Shown one piece after another: positions 10,345 through 19,176 of a stretch of DNA of 64,000 nucleotides (the first letter of the stretch is position 1; every line of letters begins with the position of its first letter). Origin of the DNA: Minisyncoccota bacterium (GTDB lineage: Bacteria > Patescibacteriota > Minisyncoccia > Phycocordibacterales > Phycocordibacteraceae); NCBI GenBank assembly GCA_041664265.1, contig JBAYLD010000001.1, positions 40,051 through 104,050 of the forward strand, in the 5' to 3' direction. The translations under genes were made by a program, and so were the position numbers. The notes beneath the pieces are model-generated. The model made no database searches. It was not told where the DNA came from and worked only from the letters and a program-made list of their open reading frames with translations.

Positions 10345-11958
10345 CAATCGTGGATTTTCATGTGCGATGACTGCGTAATCCTCTTTCGTTAAGCCGTCGT
10401 TTGTCGGTTCTAACGTCCCTTTTTCTTCCTCAACGGCAGATGACACTTTCGATATGCGCTCAAGCAGAATATCCGCATTAACCCTCAGCATCTTGTCGAT
10501 TACCTCGTGGTTCGAACCTAAATTGGCGAGAATGCTTCTTCGGGCCTTGCGATCATCGGAATCGTCTTTCTCAAAGGCGATCAATGCGCGCTCAGCGAAG
10601 TTGAAACCGCGCTCAGCGACTGCGAGCCAATCCCCGGCTCCATCATCGCTTGCCGCCATTTCAGCTTCCATGCGTTGTTTGTCCGCTTTGAGTGCCGCAG
10701 ACTTCGCGCGGAAGACATCCTCTGGGATCTCATCATTCATTCTCATGTTCACAAGAGCATCCATCCGGCGCACGCAATCAGCGAGGGCCTTCTTCTGGTT
10801 CTCGGATACTGCTTTGGTTTCCTGGCCTTCCTCCTTATCCATTTCGCGCAGTGCATCAAGCGCCCATGCTTTGAACTCGGGAGGAACGCTGTAATCCACA
10901 AGACTGCTCATCACCTGTGCTTCGAGGACTTTCTCTTCGATGGATCCTTGTGTGCAAACATAATCCTTGTGATGGGTACAATGATAGAAGATGTAGGAAC
11001 GCACCTCGCCTGAGGCGAGTTTCTTATACTTCCTCTCTGCTGTGATTGCCGCCCCACACACACCACATCGCATGTGACCACGATACGCGAACTCGTGCGT
11101 CTTCGGACGTGGGCGATCAGCCCTGCCAAGCAGGAACTGTACGCGATCGAATTCATCCTTGGTGACCATCGCAACGTGGTTACCCTTGCACCAATTGCCA
11201 CTCCCTAGAGGAAATTCATACTCGCCGTAATAGAACGGGCGAATGAATGTCAGGTAGACCAGACTGCGAGGGAGCGGTTTGTTGCCGTTGCTCTTTCCTC
11301 CTCTTGCGTGCGCACGAAGGCCCCACTCCTCGCCCGCAATCTTCCAGATTTGCGGCACGGTGTACTTGCCTGTAAGCATGAGGTCCCACATCTTACGCAC
11401 GAGATCGAATCGCTCTGGATCGACTAGGATTCGCTTCTTTCCGCGTTCGGCGAACTTCTCATTTAGATAACCAAGCGGAGCAGAACTTGGATAATCTCCA
11501 TTCCGAGCCTTCATGCTCGTACCGCGCTTCACATCCTGGCCCTTCTTCGCCGATTCATACTGAGACTGCGAGAGCGCCATTTGAAGCATCCATATGCCTG
11601 CTGGATTGTTCTCGAAGTGATAGACACAGAAACGTAATTCCTTCAGGTTACCGTCACGCAGCATATAAGTGATGTTCCCCGCGTCTATTTCGTTTCGTGA
11701 TAGCCGATCCGGTTGCCACGCCAAAAGACCTCGGCGTTCGCCCTTGCTGATGCGTTCCAGCATTTCAGAGAATGCCGGACGGTTGAATGGTTTGAATGCG
11801 CTTCTCTCTTCAACGATAAACTCGACGTCGAATCCAGGGAATGCTTTGAGTACTTGTTCTTTTTGCGCAGGGATTGATATCGCCTGACGTTCTTTATCCT
11901 CGCTGGATTTTCTCAGGTACGCGAAATACCGGATAGCTGCCTCTTTTGTCTTGGTCAT
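10285..11958 (-). CDS. Large serine recombinase (phage-type integrase)
   Basis: N-terminal resolvase domain 'YLRKSSEDKERQ', recombinase domain, zinc ribbon 'CGVCGAAITAE...YHCTHH', coiled-coil. 557 aa. Confidence 0.85.
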   Translation of the reverse strand: MTKTKEAAIRYFAYLRKSSEDKERQAISIPAQKEQVLKAFPGFDVEFIVEERSAFKPFNRPAFSEMLERISKGERRGLLAWQPDRLSRNEIDAGNITYMLRDGNLKELRFCVYHFENNPAGIWMLQMALSQSQYESAKKGQDVKRGTSMKARNGDYPSSAPLGYLNEKFAERGKKRILVDPERFDLVRKMWDLMLTGKYTVPQIWKIAGEEWGLRAHARGGKSNGNKPLPRSLVYLTFIRPFYYGEYEFPLGSGNWCKGNHVAMVTKDEFDRVQFLLGRADRPRPKTHEFAYRGHMRCGVCGAAITAERKYKKLASGEVRSYIFYHCTHHKDYVCTQGSIEEKVLEAQVMSSLVDYSVPPEFKAWALDALREMDKEEGQETKAVSENQKKALADCVRRMDALVNMRMNDEIPEDVFRAKSAALKADKQRMEAEMAASDDGAGDWLAVAERGFNFAERALIAFEKDDSDDRKARRSILANLGSNHEVIDKMLRVNADILLERISKVSSAVEEEKGTLEPTNDGLTKEDYAVIAHENPRLLRVRDSNPNTILQRDVSYH

Positions 11959-11975
11959 ATTGTTTGGTTGATTTG

Positions 11976-12191
11976 TTAATTTGCTAACTGCGAATCGAGT
12001 CGTTTAGTGGGTGTGACTGTCGCGCTTTCAATGTGACGCGCGGATTCTTTGAGAACCACCCCGATAAGAGAGACGAAGCGAATGGCTTTATCGAGAGCCT
12101 CTTGGTCGCTAAGTGTAATCCCATACCGCTTGCTGTAGAGTTGTTTGAACGTGCTAACGCGTTCTGGCGCTAAACGCATGAACGTTTTCAT
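11976..12191 (-). CDS. Hypothetical small protein
   Basis: ORF only. Confidence 0.25.
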   Translation of the reverse strand: MKTFMRLAPERVSTFKQLYSKRYGITLSDQEALDKAIRFVSLIGVVLKESARHIESATVTPTKRLDSQLAN

Positions 12192-12609
12192 TAATCTCTT
12201 CGCTGTTCTGCTTCATCACTGTAGTGAAGTTCATTAACGCTAGGATCTCTTCGGTTGGATCGAAGGACGATAGCTCCTTAATGTCGTCTAAGCGCCAAGA
12301 TCGTCCGATTGCAAATCTCTTTCCTTGCTCCCTTATCCCTCTCCAAGTCCAATACGTTCTCAGGGCCACATCGACGGATACGAGGAGTTTTACTTCGTTT
12401 TTCCGTTTGAATGCAACCTTAATCGCTTCGACTATCGTCGGAACATCTACTTCCCGAAGTACACACAACACTTCAAACTTCTCCTTGTCGCATTGTCTGC
12501 GCAAAAAGGTCTCCTGATCGTCAAGATACTGTTCATCACCATCTGCCCGTACATAGACAAACGCACCAATCCTCCTTTGCTCCGAACCTGACTTTCTCGA
12601 CTTTTTCAT
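12154..12609 (-). CDS. Resolvase N-terminal-domain-like protein with the catalytic Ser replaced by Ala (degenerate small serine recombinase, or a recombination accessory factor)
   Basis: 'IGAFVYVRADGDEQ' aligns with the resolvase 'IGYVRVSTxxQ'. 'KLLVSVDVALRTY' resembles the resolvase 'LVVtklDRLgR' region. Confidence 0.35.
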   Translation of the reverse strand: MKKSRKSGSEQRRIGAFVYVRADGDEQYLDDQETFLRRQCDKEKFEVLCVLREVDVPTIVEAIKVAFKRKNEVKLLVSVDVALRTYWTWRGIREQGKRFAIGRSWRLDDIKELSSFDPTEEILALMNFTTVMKQNSEEINENVHAFSARTR

Positions 12610-13037
12610 AGTCGTATATTTTTTGTGGCGCGAGGGACAAAGGGCATTCGTCGTTCCGAATCCGCGTCTAATAATTCCTACTCCGTCGTACTGGGGTATT
12701 TAAAAACGCCCCCATTCTAATAAGAAAAGTCGTACCAATGTTAGGTATAACTGCTCTTATTAAACTAGGGACGTTACACAAGTCACTGCTCTAAGGAAGC
12801 AGGCTTGGGTGACAAAACGGCCAAATATCACCTTTATCTGAGTGAGATCATTGCTGATCTGATTACTTCATTTGCCACGAGTGTTTTCATCGCTGTTGAT
12901 GATCTCGCTGCGGACCCGAGTAGCCTAGAGGTTCGCATTGTCCGGTCATTTCCGGTAGAGGGCTAGTTATTTCAATGTGCAACGTGTGGGATTGTCCCGC
13001 ACGGAGGTATTCTAGCATCATGTGATTTAAAATAGCA

Positions 13038-13200
13038 ATACGCGACTTACGGCATTTGTGGACACTTGCGATAAGGCCGTCACCCATCTGTTCACACACA
13101 AAGAGAGGTAGAGGGAGGAGTGAGGCGTTGCGAGCTGTTTGTGATCACCCATTCACACATCGCTACCCGTACATAGCCCACAAATAGCGTAAGTCGCGCC
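13038..13200. repeat. About 22-bp imperfect inverted repeats 115 nt apart in a 590-nt non-coding region downstream of the primase gene
   Basis: aatacgcgacttacggcatttgtgg (13038-13061) versus ccacaaatagcgtaagtcgcgcc (13178-13200). Confidence 0.5.
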
Positions 13201-14988
13201 CTATCCTAGTCGTGGCATTTTGCTGATGGCTATATTTCGGTCATTGCCATCGCTGCTAGATACAACGCGTATTCCAGTCTCTTCAAGTGGAGTCTTTAAT
13301 CTGTTGATTTCACGCGTTAGAGCAGACGGACTCGCTGGAAGACGGTTATCCGCGATTTTGTCGTCCATGGCCTGGTCCTTGAATGCCTTAAACAGTTGTC
13401 TCGGGCTGCCTTCCCACATGCCATCGTGCGCATTGACGATGGCAACAAGGATAGTGGCAACGGTATTGTCGTTGATTAGTTCCTCGCTCTGACTGTTTAT
13501 GTTGTGGAAGTACGCGGCAAGGAACGCTTCTTGGCCGATTCCCAGTGCTTCGGCGACTGCGCAACCCCACAATGCAAAATCTGCCATTCGTGGAAGCTCG
13601 TCCACCTTGATGTTAGGTTTTAAGGCCATCGCTTTCGCAACAGTGTCGTAAATTGCTCCGAGGATGCGAGGTCTAGCAACCTCGAAGTCAGCCATTAGAT
13701 CGTACTCCTGTCTGCGGTTGCTTTTGTCCATGCGTTCGAGCTTGAGCAGGAGGCTTCGTTCGAGCAGGTCCGCGCGGTTGGATGCGACGTTTATGCCGTT
13801 TATGCCTATGCTAGCCATGACGTAGCGGATCACGTCGTCATCGTTCGTGTACAGCTCGCGCTTGCTGAACCCTCCGCCGGTTATTGCCCGGCAGAGAAGA
13901 TCAGAAATCCAGTCAGGCATCTCCGATACGTTGTCGAAGAAGAGAAAGGCGTGATGGCCGAGCTGCTGGGCCAGGTCTCCCTCGTGGCGAGTCAGACTCA
14001 CGACCTCGATCTTGGAAGGGTCGATGAGCTTGCGCACGATGCGACTGAGCGTGGACTTCGCAGATCCCTGAGAACCGTACACATAGAGTGCTGGATGAGG
14101 CCAACCTGGAATATATGAAGCGACTAAATGCACGAGGAAGAGTGTTTGCTGTTCTGGATCGGTGATATTCACGAATTTCAGGACATCCCGCACCGATCCT
14201 CCCCGCACTGGTTCTACTTGCGGGGCAAGGTGCGAAAAGCGGCGAAAGAGCATCGGGACATCTGTCACAATGCTCCACCCCTCTTGTGTTATTCGAACCG
14301 CACGCCACTTCTTGTCGGCGAGGTCGTACCACACGGCTTCAGGTGTCTGAGCTATGCGATTAAAGAGTCGGTGTTCCTCGCACTCGTTGATGGCGCGGCC
14401 TTCGAGCAGACTAACGGCGTCTTTCATGCTCTCTCTGCCGGCTACGGTCTTTCCGCGCGTTAGGCGGTAGAATTCGCCACCGAGCCAGCGAGTGAGTGCG
14501 CCACTCCTGCAGGGCCAAACTTCCGAATGATCTTCAACAGGAATCCTAATATGAGCGACGTCATACTCGTCCTTAAACAAAGTGACGTTTGGGTTCTCCA
14601 GGATCATATTTACGAGTCGCGTAGACTGCGATGGTCCTTTTCCACCTTCACCGCTGTTCGCTTCTGCTAACTGAGCGAGTTTCTCGCGATTTCTCTCATG
14701 AGCAATCGATTCAATTAACGCATCAAACGTTTCGCGCAGATATTCATCATTAGGATACGGGAGTTTAGCCGTGGTATTCCATAACTGGACCTTCGGCCAT
14801 AATGCATCTACCGACTGTTTGTCTTCGGCTTCAATTCCTTTCATCAACCCATGCACGTATTCGTCAAAGAGATCTAGGCGCTCGAATTCTGGAATACGAA
14901 CTCCTTCGGGGACATCGGAAAAATGATAGAACGGATCGAACTTTTCATTTGGATTTAAAGTGCCGTTAGAGGCGATAATGTCTTTCAT
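13201..14988 (-). CDS. Phage/plasmid primase-helicase-like P-loop NTPase (P4/D5/VirE-family C-terminal domain)
   Basis: Walker A 'VYGSQGSAKSTL'. About 600 aa, with a domain order reminiscent of the D5_N plus primase-C/SF3 helicase type. On an integrative element. Confidence 0.5.
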   Translation of the reverse strand: MKDIIASNGTLNPNEKFDPFYHFSDVPEGVRIPEFERLDLFDEYVHGLMKGIEAEDKQSVDALWPKVQLWNTTAKLPYPNDEYLRETFDALIESIAHERNREKLAQLAEANSGEGGKGPSQSTRLVNMILENPNVTLFKDEYDVAHIRIPVEDHSEVWPCRSGALTRWLGGEFYRLTRGKTVAGRESMKDAVSLLEGRAINECEEHRLFNRIAQTPEAVWYDLADKKWRAVRITQEGWSIVTDVPMLFRRFSHLAPQVEPVRGGSVRDVLKFVNITDPEQQTLFLVHLVASYIPGWPHPALYVYGSQGSAKSTLSRIVRKLIDPSKIEVVSLTRHEGDLAQQLGHHAFLFFDNVSEMPDWISDLLCRAITGGGFSKRELYTNDDDVIRYVMASIGINGINVASNRADLLERSLLLKLERMDKSNRRQEYDLMADFEVARPRILGAIYDTVAKAMALKPNIKVDELPRMADFALWGCAVAEALGIGQEAFLAAYFHNINSQSEELINDNTVATILVAIVNAHDGMWEGSPRQLFKAFKDQAMDDKIADNRLPASPSALTREINRLKTPLEETGIRVVSSSDGNDRNIAISKMPRLG

Positions 14989-15244
14989 GATTAACAGTAA
15001 AATTAATAAAACCCGTAGAGGGATAGTGGCGGCGTGTCGATTGGAATACGAGACTTTCCGCTACCCCTCTTCGGGCTCTATGAACACTACTGTGCGCCGG
15101 GTTAGTCTCGTATTCCATAGAAGTCACTATGCCAGAGTACGCAAATTGGCTTGTGTCAATCTCTGGCCGCTATGCATCCGATGTTGAGGCAAAATACGTT
15201 TATGCCGCCGAAAAGCCATTACTCTAGATACAACTAACGTACCT

Positions 15245-15272
15245 TTAGTACCTTCACGCCACGTGGTAAAAT
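15245..15272 (+). promoter_or_regulatory. Candidate sigma70-type promoter (TTAGTA-16-TGgTAAAAT, extended -10) for the Cys-rich secreted protein operon
   Basis: -35 at 15245-15250 and extended -10 at 15264-15272 put the TSS near 15280, about 205 nt upstream of the ATG at 15488. Confidence 0.3.
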
Positions 15273-15282
15273 TGCTATGTGC

Positions 15283-15487
15283 GACAACAAAGGGCTAAAC
15301 GCAGGAGGAATCCCGCGCATGCCCGGAATAACAAAGTCTCGTCGAGAGTACTGAACCCCACGTTCAGCGTCTCTCGACGAGCCGTACTCCGAAAGGATGT
15401 TACGAGACCGCAAGGTCTGCTGGCGTGGGGTTCAGTGCTGTCATATGACTCCGCGCCGGTAATTACCAACATGACCGCCGGAGTCGT
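15283..15487 (+). promoter_or_regulatory. About 200-nt structured 5' leader with mutually exclusive helices (riboswitch/attenuator-like), ending in a hairpin that covers the SD of the downstream gene
   Basis: Helix 15334-15347/15367-15380. Segment 15350-15360 can pair either locally (15361-15366) or distally (15423-15434). The terminal helix 15446-15484 overlaps GGAG at 15479-15482. Confidence 0.35.
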
Positions 15488-16237
15488 ATGAAATATAAAC
15501 ACATCATCGCGGGCGTATTTGGATTATTCCTCCTCTTTCCTTTCCATCATGCCTCCGCCAGCCTTCTTTGGTGTGATCCACTGTTAGGAGGCTGTAGCAA
15601 TCCATTCAGTGGAGTGGATCAGAGCATTCAGCAACAGCAATCACAGGCCCAAGCACAACAACAGTCGTGGCAACGAATACAAGACAAAGAGAGCGCACTA
15701 AAGTCGCAGTATGGCTATGCTGCATACACGTCCTGCACAGCTAATATGCTACATATCGACGGTGGAGACATTGCTCAAGTCACAATGTATCTCAATGCGG
15801 ATGAGCCGTGCATGGCGAGCTACAAATCGAAACAAGAACAAGCGGCAAGCACGCAATGCACATCACTGGGAAACGGTCGCTATAGTGGCAATTGCACATG
15901 CGGTGCTGGATACACGTTTAAAAATAACGTATGCACGCCAATCACCTGTGATGCGGGCTACATTTTAAGGGATAGCACCTGTGTATTAGGAACTCAGTTC
16001 TGCACCAGTAAATTTGGCTCCAACAGCGTATTTAACGGCAAGCTGTGCGACTGCGCATCCGGGTACAAGTTTAATGAATTCTTTGACTCGAGAGCACAGT
16101 GCGTAGCAGTCACTCCGGCTAAGACAACCGGCTCTCATCTTGCGGCTAATCAAATCGCCGCGATCCTCTCGCTGTTGCAGTCCTTCGGTGCCGATGCAAA
16201 AACAATCGCTAGTGTAAAAGCTGCGCTCGGGCAATAA
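15488..16237 (+). CDS. Secreted cysteine-rich protein with repeated C-x-C-x2-GY-x(n)-C modules and a Gln-rich linker
   Basis: Signal peptide 'MKYKHIIAGVFGLFLLFPFHHASA'. Modules 'CTCGAGYTFKNNVCTPITCDAGYILRDSTCV' and 'CDCASGYKFNE'. Confidence 0.55.
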   Translation: MKYKHIIAGVFGLFLLFPFHHASASLLWCDPLLGGCSNPFSGVDQSIQQQQSQAQAQQQSWQRIQDKESALKSQYGYAAYTSCTANMLHIDGGDIAQVTMYLNADEPCMASYKSKQEQAASTQCTSLGNGRYSGNCTCGAGYTFKNNVCTPITCDAGYILRDSTCVLGTQFCTSKFGSNSVFNGKLCDCASGYKFNEFFDSRAQCVAVTPAKTTGSHLAANQIAAILSLLQSFGADAKTIASVKAALGQ

Positions 16238-16247
16238 TCATCGTGGC

Positions 16248-16607
16248 ATGCCGTACAAAAGCACTAAGCACGCATTCGTATGGATCGGTGGGTTAATAAT
16301 CATCGCGACGACAGCGTACGGAGCATCAAGGCTCTACGCGCCTAAGCCGCCAATATCAGAGGAACAATCAGCGGGTCAGCGAGTTTGCGATAAGATCAAC
16401 GACCTCATGGCGAAGACTGGCGGCACGATAGACCCTTCACTCACTGTTGCCGTCTGCATCGAGGCGAATAAAGACTGTGAGAATCGTTTGGGACCCCACT
16501 CTATATGGGCAGGAGCTGCTGATGTGAACAATGTCCCACATTGCGACTGCGACGATGGGTATCACTGGGCTACTGATGGTTCAGGAAAATGTGTTGCGTG
16601 GCAGTAA
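16248..16607 (+). CDS. Membrane-anchored or secreted cysteine-rich protein, paralogous module to the preceding gene
   Basis: N-terminal TM/signal segment. 'CDCDDGYHWATDGSGKCVAWQ' is the same CxCxxGY module. Confidence 0.5.
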   Translation: MPYKSTKHAFVWIGGLIIIATTAYGASRLYAPKPPISEEQSAGQRVCDKINDLMAKTGGTIDPSLTVAVCIEANKDCENRLGPHSIWAGAADVNNVPHCDCDDGYHWATDGSGKCVAWQ

Positions 16608-16617
16608 CGATGACGCT

Positions 16618-16884
16618 ATGAAATCACGTAAAAATCGCACAAAGGACATTGCCGTTACATACGAATATATCGAACCAAAAACGGAGGAAGAGAAAAGAGA
16701 GGCCGAGCGAAGACTGGTGCAGACCTACGACATTATCTTCGCCGCCATGCGTCGTAAAATAAAGAGGGAGATGGAAGGAGACATAACGCTAATTCCAGAA
16801 AGGAGGCTCAAAATGTACAAGTGGTTCGTCTATTGGTTTGATGCAACACAGCAAAATAGGGCCGCCGGTAGGACGACCCTATAA
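16618..16884 (+). CDS. Hypothetical charged small protein
   Basis: ORF downstream of the Cys-rich genes. The start at the internal Met 16618 avoids overlap with the upstream gene. Confidence 0.25.
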   Translation: MKSRKNRTKDIAVTYEYIEPKTEEEKREAERRLVQTYDIIFAAMRRKIKREMEGDITLIPERRLKMYKWFVYWFDATQQNRAAGRTTL

Positions 16885-17081
16885 TGCTACTGCCTAGATC
16901 TCATCATCTGCGAGCCCGAATCTTTCCTCCTCGCCAAGCACGTTGTCTAGCACCAAGACATCGCGGAAGATGTGGTCCTCCGGTTCGGCAGCCTCTTCGT
17001 AATGCTTCTTCTCGTCTCGGTACAGGTAATTAACGATGCGGGTGAGAGCTTTGTGTTCAGATAGGTACATACCTATATCAG

Positions 17082-17591
17082 TTAGTCCCACCAGAAGCGG
17101 AACTCCTCTCGGGCGACCTCGAACGGCATCCCCGGTTGTGGAGGGGACACGGTAACTATCTCGCTCCACTCCCGACCATTGAAGCGTTTCTGCGTCTCGT
17201 TCTCTATCTCGAGCTCATACGACACCTCGTCAGCCTTTGCGACACGCGCGAACTGCTCTATTGCCTGTACGTCTCCTTCACTTAATGGAGAATCTCCGGT
17301 ATGTAGGTAGCGACGTATATACAGCACGGGGGAACCTTCGCGCCCGACCTCCAGCGTGTAGGTTCGTTTGCCGTTGTTAGGGTTAGGATGCCCGCTCACA
17401 TCAGCGAACTTGGCACGAGGGATAATGCGGTCTATCTCTAACAGCATCTCGCCGACATCCGAGCCTATAAGCTCATTGTACCCGCCAAGCGTACGCAGGA
17501 ACTCGATAGCGACTGGTAGAGGCACCTCTGCTCTCATACGCAGCGTGTCCTCAAAGACTGACAACAGGGCGTAGGTAGAGGCACGACTCAT
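17082..17591 (-). CDS. Hypothetical protein (island cargo)
   Basis: ORF only. Same strand as the flanking small ORFs at 16894-17169 and 17588-17779 (possible 3-gene operon). Confidence 0.3.
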   Translation of the reverse strand: MSRASTYALLSVFEDTLRMRAEVPLPVAIEFLRTLGGYNELIGSDVGEMLLEIDRIIPRAKFADVSGHPNPNNGKRTYTLEVGREGSPVLYIRRYLHTGDSPLSEGDVQAIEQFARVAKADEVSYELEIENETQKRFNGREWSEIVTVSPPQPGMPFEVAREEFRFWWD

Positions 17592-17779
17592 ACTTCGACT
17601 GGGAACATCTTCCGTCTTGCATTCGTTAAGGCTTCGTCCCTTGTCTCTCCGAAGCCAAGCACAGCACCGGTTGTCTTGCTCACCACGCGATACCCAATGA
17701 GCGTGCCGTCTCCCATATCGTCCTCATCTCCCCAAACAGCACCGTGTCCGAAGACCGGTTCAATTGTCATAGTTTGCAT
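17588..17779 (-). CDS. Hypothetical small protein
   Basis: ORF only. 4-nt overlap with the downstream ORF. Confidence 0.25.
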   Translation of the reverse strand: MQTMTIEPVFGHGAVWGDEDDMGDGTLIGYRVVSKTTGAVLGFGETRDEALTNARRKMFPVEV

Positions 17780-18109
17780 TCGTTCTAACTAATAAGCGAA
17801 CACTCGCCGAGTCGTGAGGGGGGCGGGGCTGTGGTTCCACTTCGACTACCTCTACTTTCGTTTGGTGCCATACAGTACTAAACCTGCGCGGAGGGCGGAC
17901 AAAATCTCCATCGTTTTAGAAACGACAAGCCATTCTGAAAACGCAAGCCTGAAAAAAATTCCGCGCCATTTTCTGGATACTTTGCTGTCCATGCGGCATG
18001 CATAATTGCGTTATCCCCAACTAGGCAAACACTATTTCGCGGCTCAGATAAGCCGCGGATTGGGAAACTCTCCCGATTTCAATATCTTGCGGTCCAAACA
18101 GCGTGTACA

Positions 18110-19165
18110 ATGCAAAATATGCAGACTCTACAAAAACCAATAGTCAGAGTCGCGCCCGCCATTAAGATAAAACGGGAAGAGACAAAGAAGAGCAAACCGC
18201 TTCGTATCGTCTCGCTTTTTTCCGGATCTGGAGGGATGGACCTAGGATTCCAACAGGAAGGATTTGAACTCGCATGGGCGAACGATGTGAACCATTGGGC
18301 TTGCGAGACCTTCAGGAAGAACTTTGGCGACCACATCGCAGAAGGCAGCATTGTCGACATCGAAAATAAAAAGATACCGAGCTGCGACGTTGTGCTTGGA
18401 GGATTTCCTTGTCAGGACTTTTCAATGCTGTGGAAGCGCATGGGGCTTAAAACGGACCGCGGGAATCTCTATCGGCAATTCGTGCGCGTTGTCCTCGACA
18501 AGAAGCCGAAGCTATTCGTTGCCGAGAATGTGAAAGGCATCATGAGCGCCAATGGAGGCAAGGCCGTGGAACAGATAAAAAAGGACTTCGAGAAAGTCGG
18601 CTATAGCGTAAGCGTCAATCAGATCAACTTTGCCAATTACGGAGCACCGCAGCTGCGCGAGCGCGTGTTGATTGTAGGCGTGCGCAAGGATCTTAAGAAG
18701 GAATTCAAGCTGCCCGCCCCGACGCACTCTCCAGGCAACTATGTTACTGCCAAGGAGGCCTTAAAAGGCGTCCAGCGGGTGCCCTTTAACAATGAACATC
18801 AGAACATTGCTCCTTCAACCATTGCGAAATTGAGGATCATACCTCCAGGCGGAAACTTCACAGACATTCCGAAGAGTTCCCCTCACTACGTGAAAGGCAT
18901 GATATCCCACGTTTATCGGCGTTTGCATCCGGACAAACCTTCGACTACCATCATCGCAGGCGGCGGTGGCGGCACATGGGGTTACCACTATGAAGAGCTG
19001 CGCCCTCTCACAAACAGAGAGCGCGCCCGCTTGTTTGGCTATCCCGACGACTTTGTCTTTGTTGGATCGATAACAGAGGTCAGGCGGCAGATTGGAAACT
19101 CTGTGCCCCCTGCCGGGATTAGGCCTATTGCTAAAGCAATAAAACAATTTTTAGATGAACTATAA
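18110..19165 (+). CDS. DNA cytosine-5 methyltransferase (Type II R-M methyltransferase)
   Basis: Motif I 'LFSGSGGMDLGF', motif IV 'GGFPCQDFS', motif VI 'ENVKG', motif X 'QIGNSVPP'. Confidence 0.9.
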   Translation: MQNMQTLQKPIVRVAPAIKIKREETKKSKPLRIVSLFSGSGGMDLGFQQEGFELAWANDVNHWACETFRKNFGDHIAEGSIVDIENKKIPSCDVVLGGFPCQDFSMLWKRMGLKTDRGNLYRQFVRVVLDKKPKLFVAENVKGIMSANGGKAVEQIKKDFEKVGYSVSVNQINFANYGAPQLRERVLIVGVRKDLKKEFKLPAPTHSPGNYVTAKEALKGVQRVPFNNEHQNIAPSTIAKLRIIPPGGNFTDIPKSSPHYVKGMISHVYRRLHPDKPSTTIIAGGGGGTWGYHYEELRPLTNRERARLFGYPDDFVFVGSITEVRRQIGNSVPPAGIRPIAKAIKQFLDEL

Positions 19166-19176
19166 AATCAGATTGC

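Noticed and set aside
15275-15502. 75-aa and 70-aa ORFs (15275-15502 - and 15279-15491 +) immediately upstream of the Cys-rich gene
   Set aside because: They coincide with a region of strong nested inverted repeats. Both frames are open because of the palindromic structure. Better explained as a structured leader RNA.
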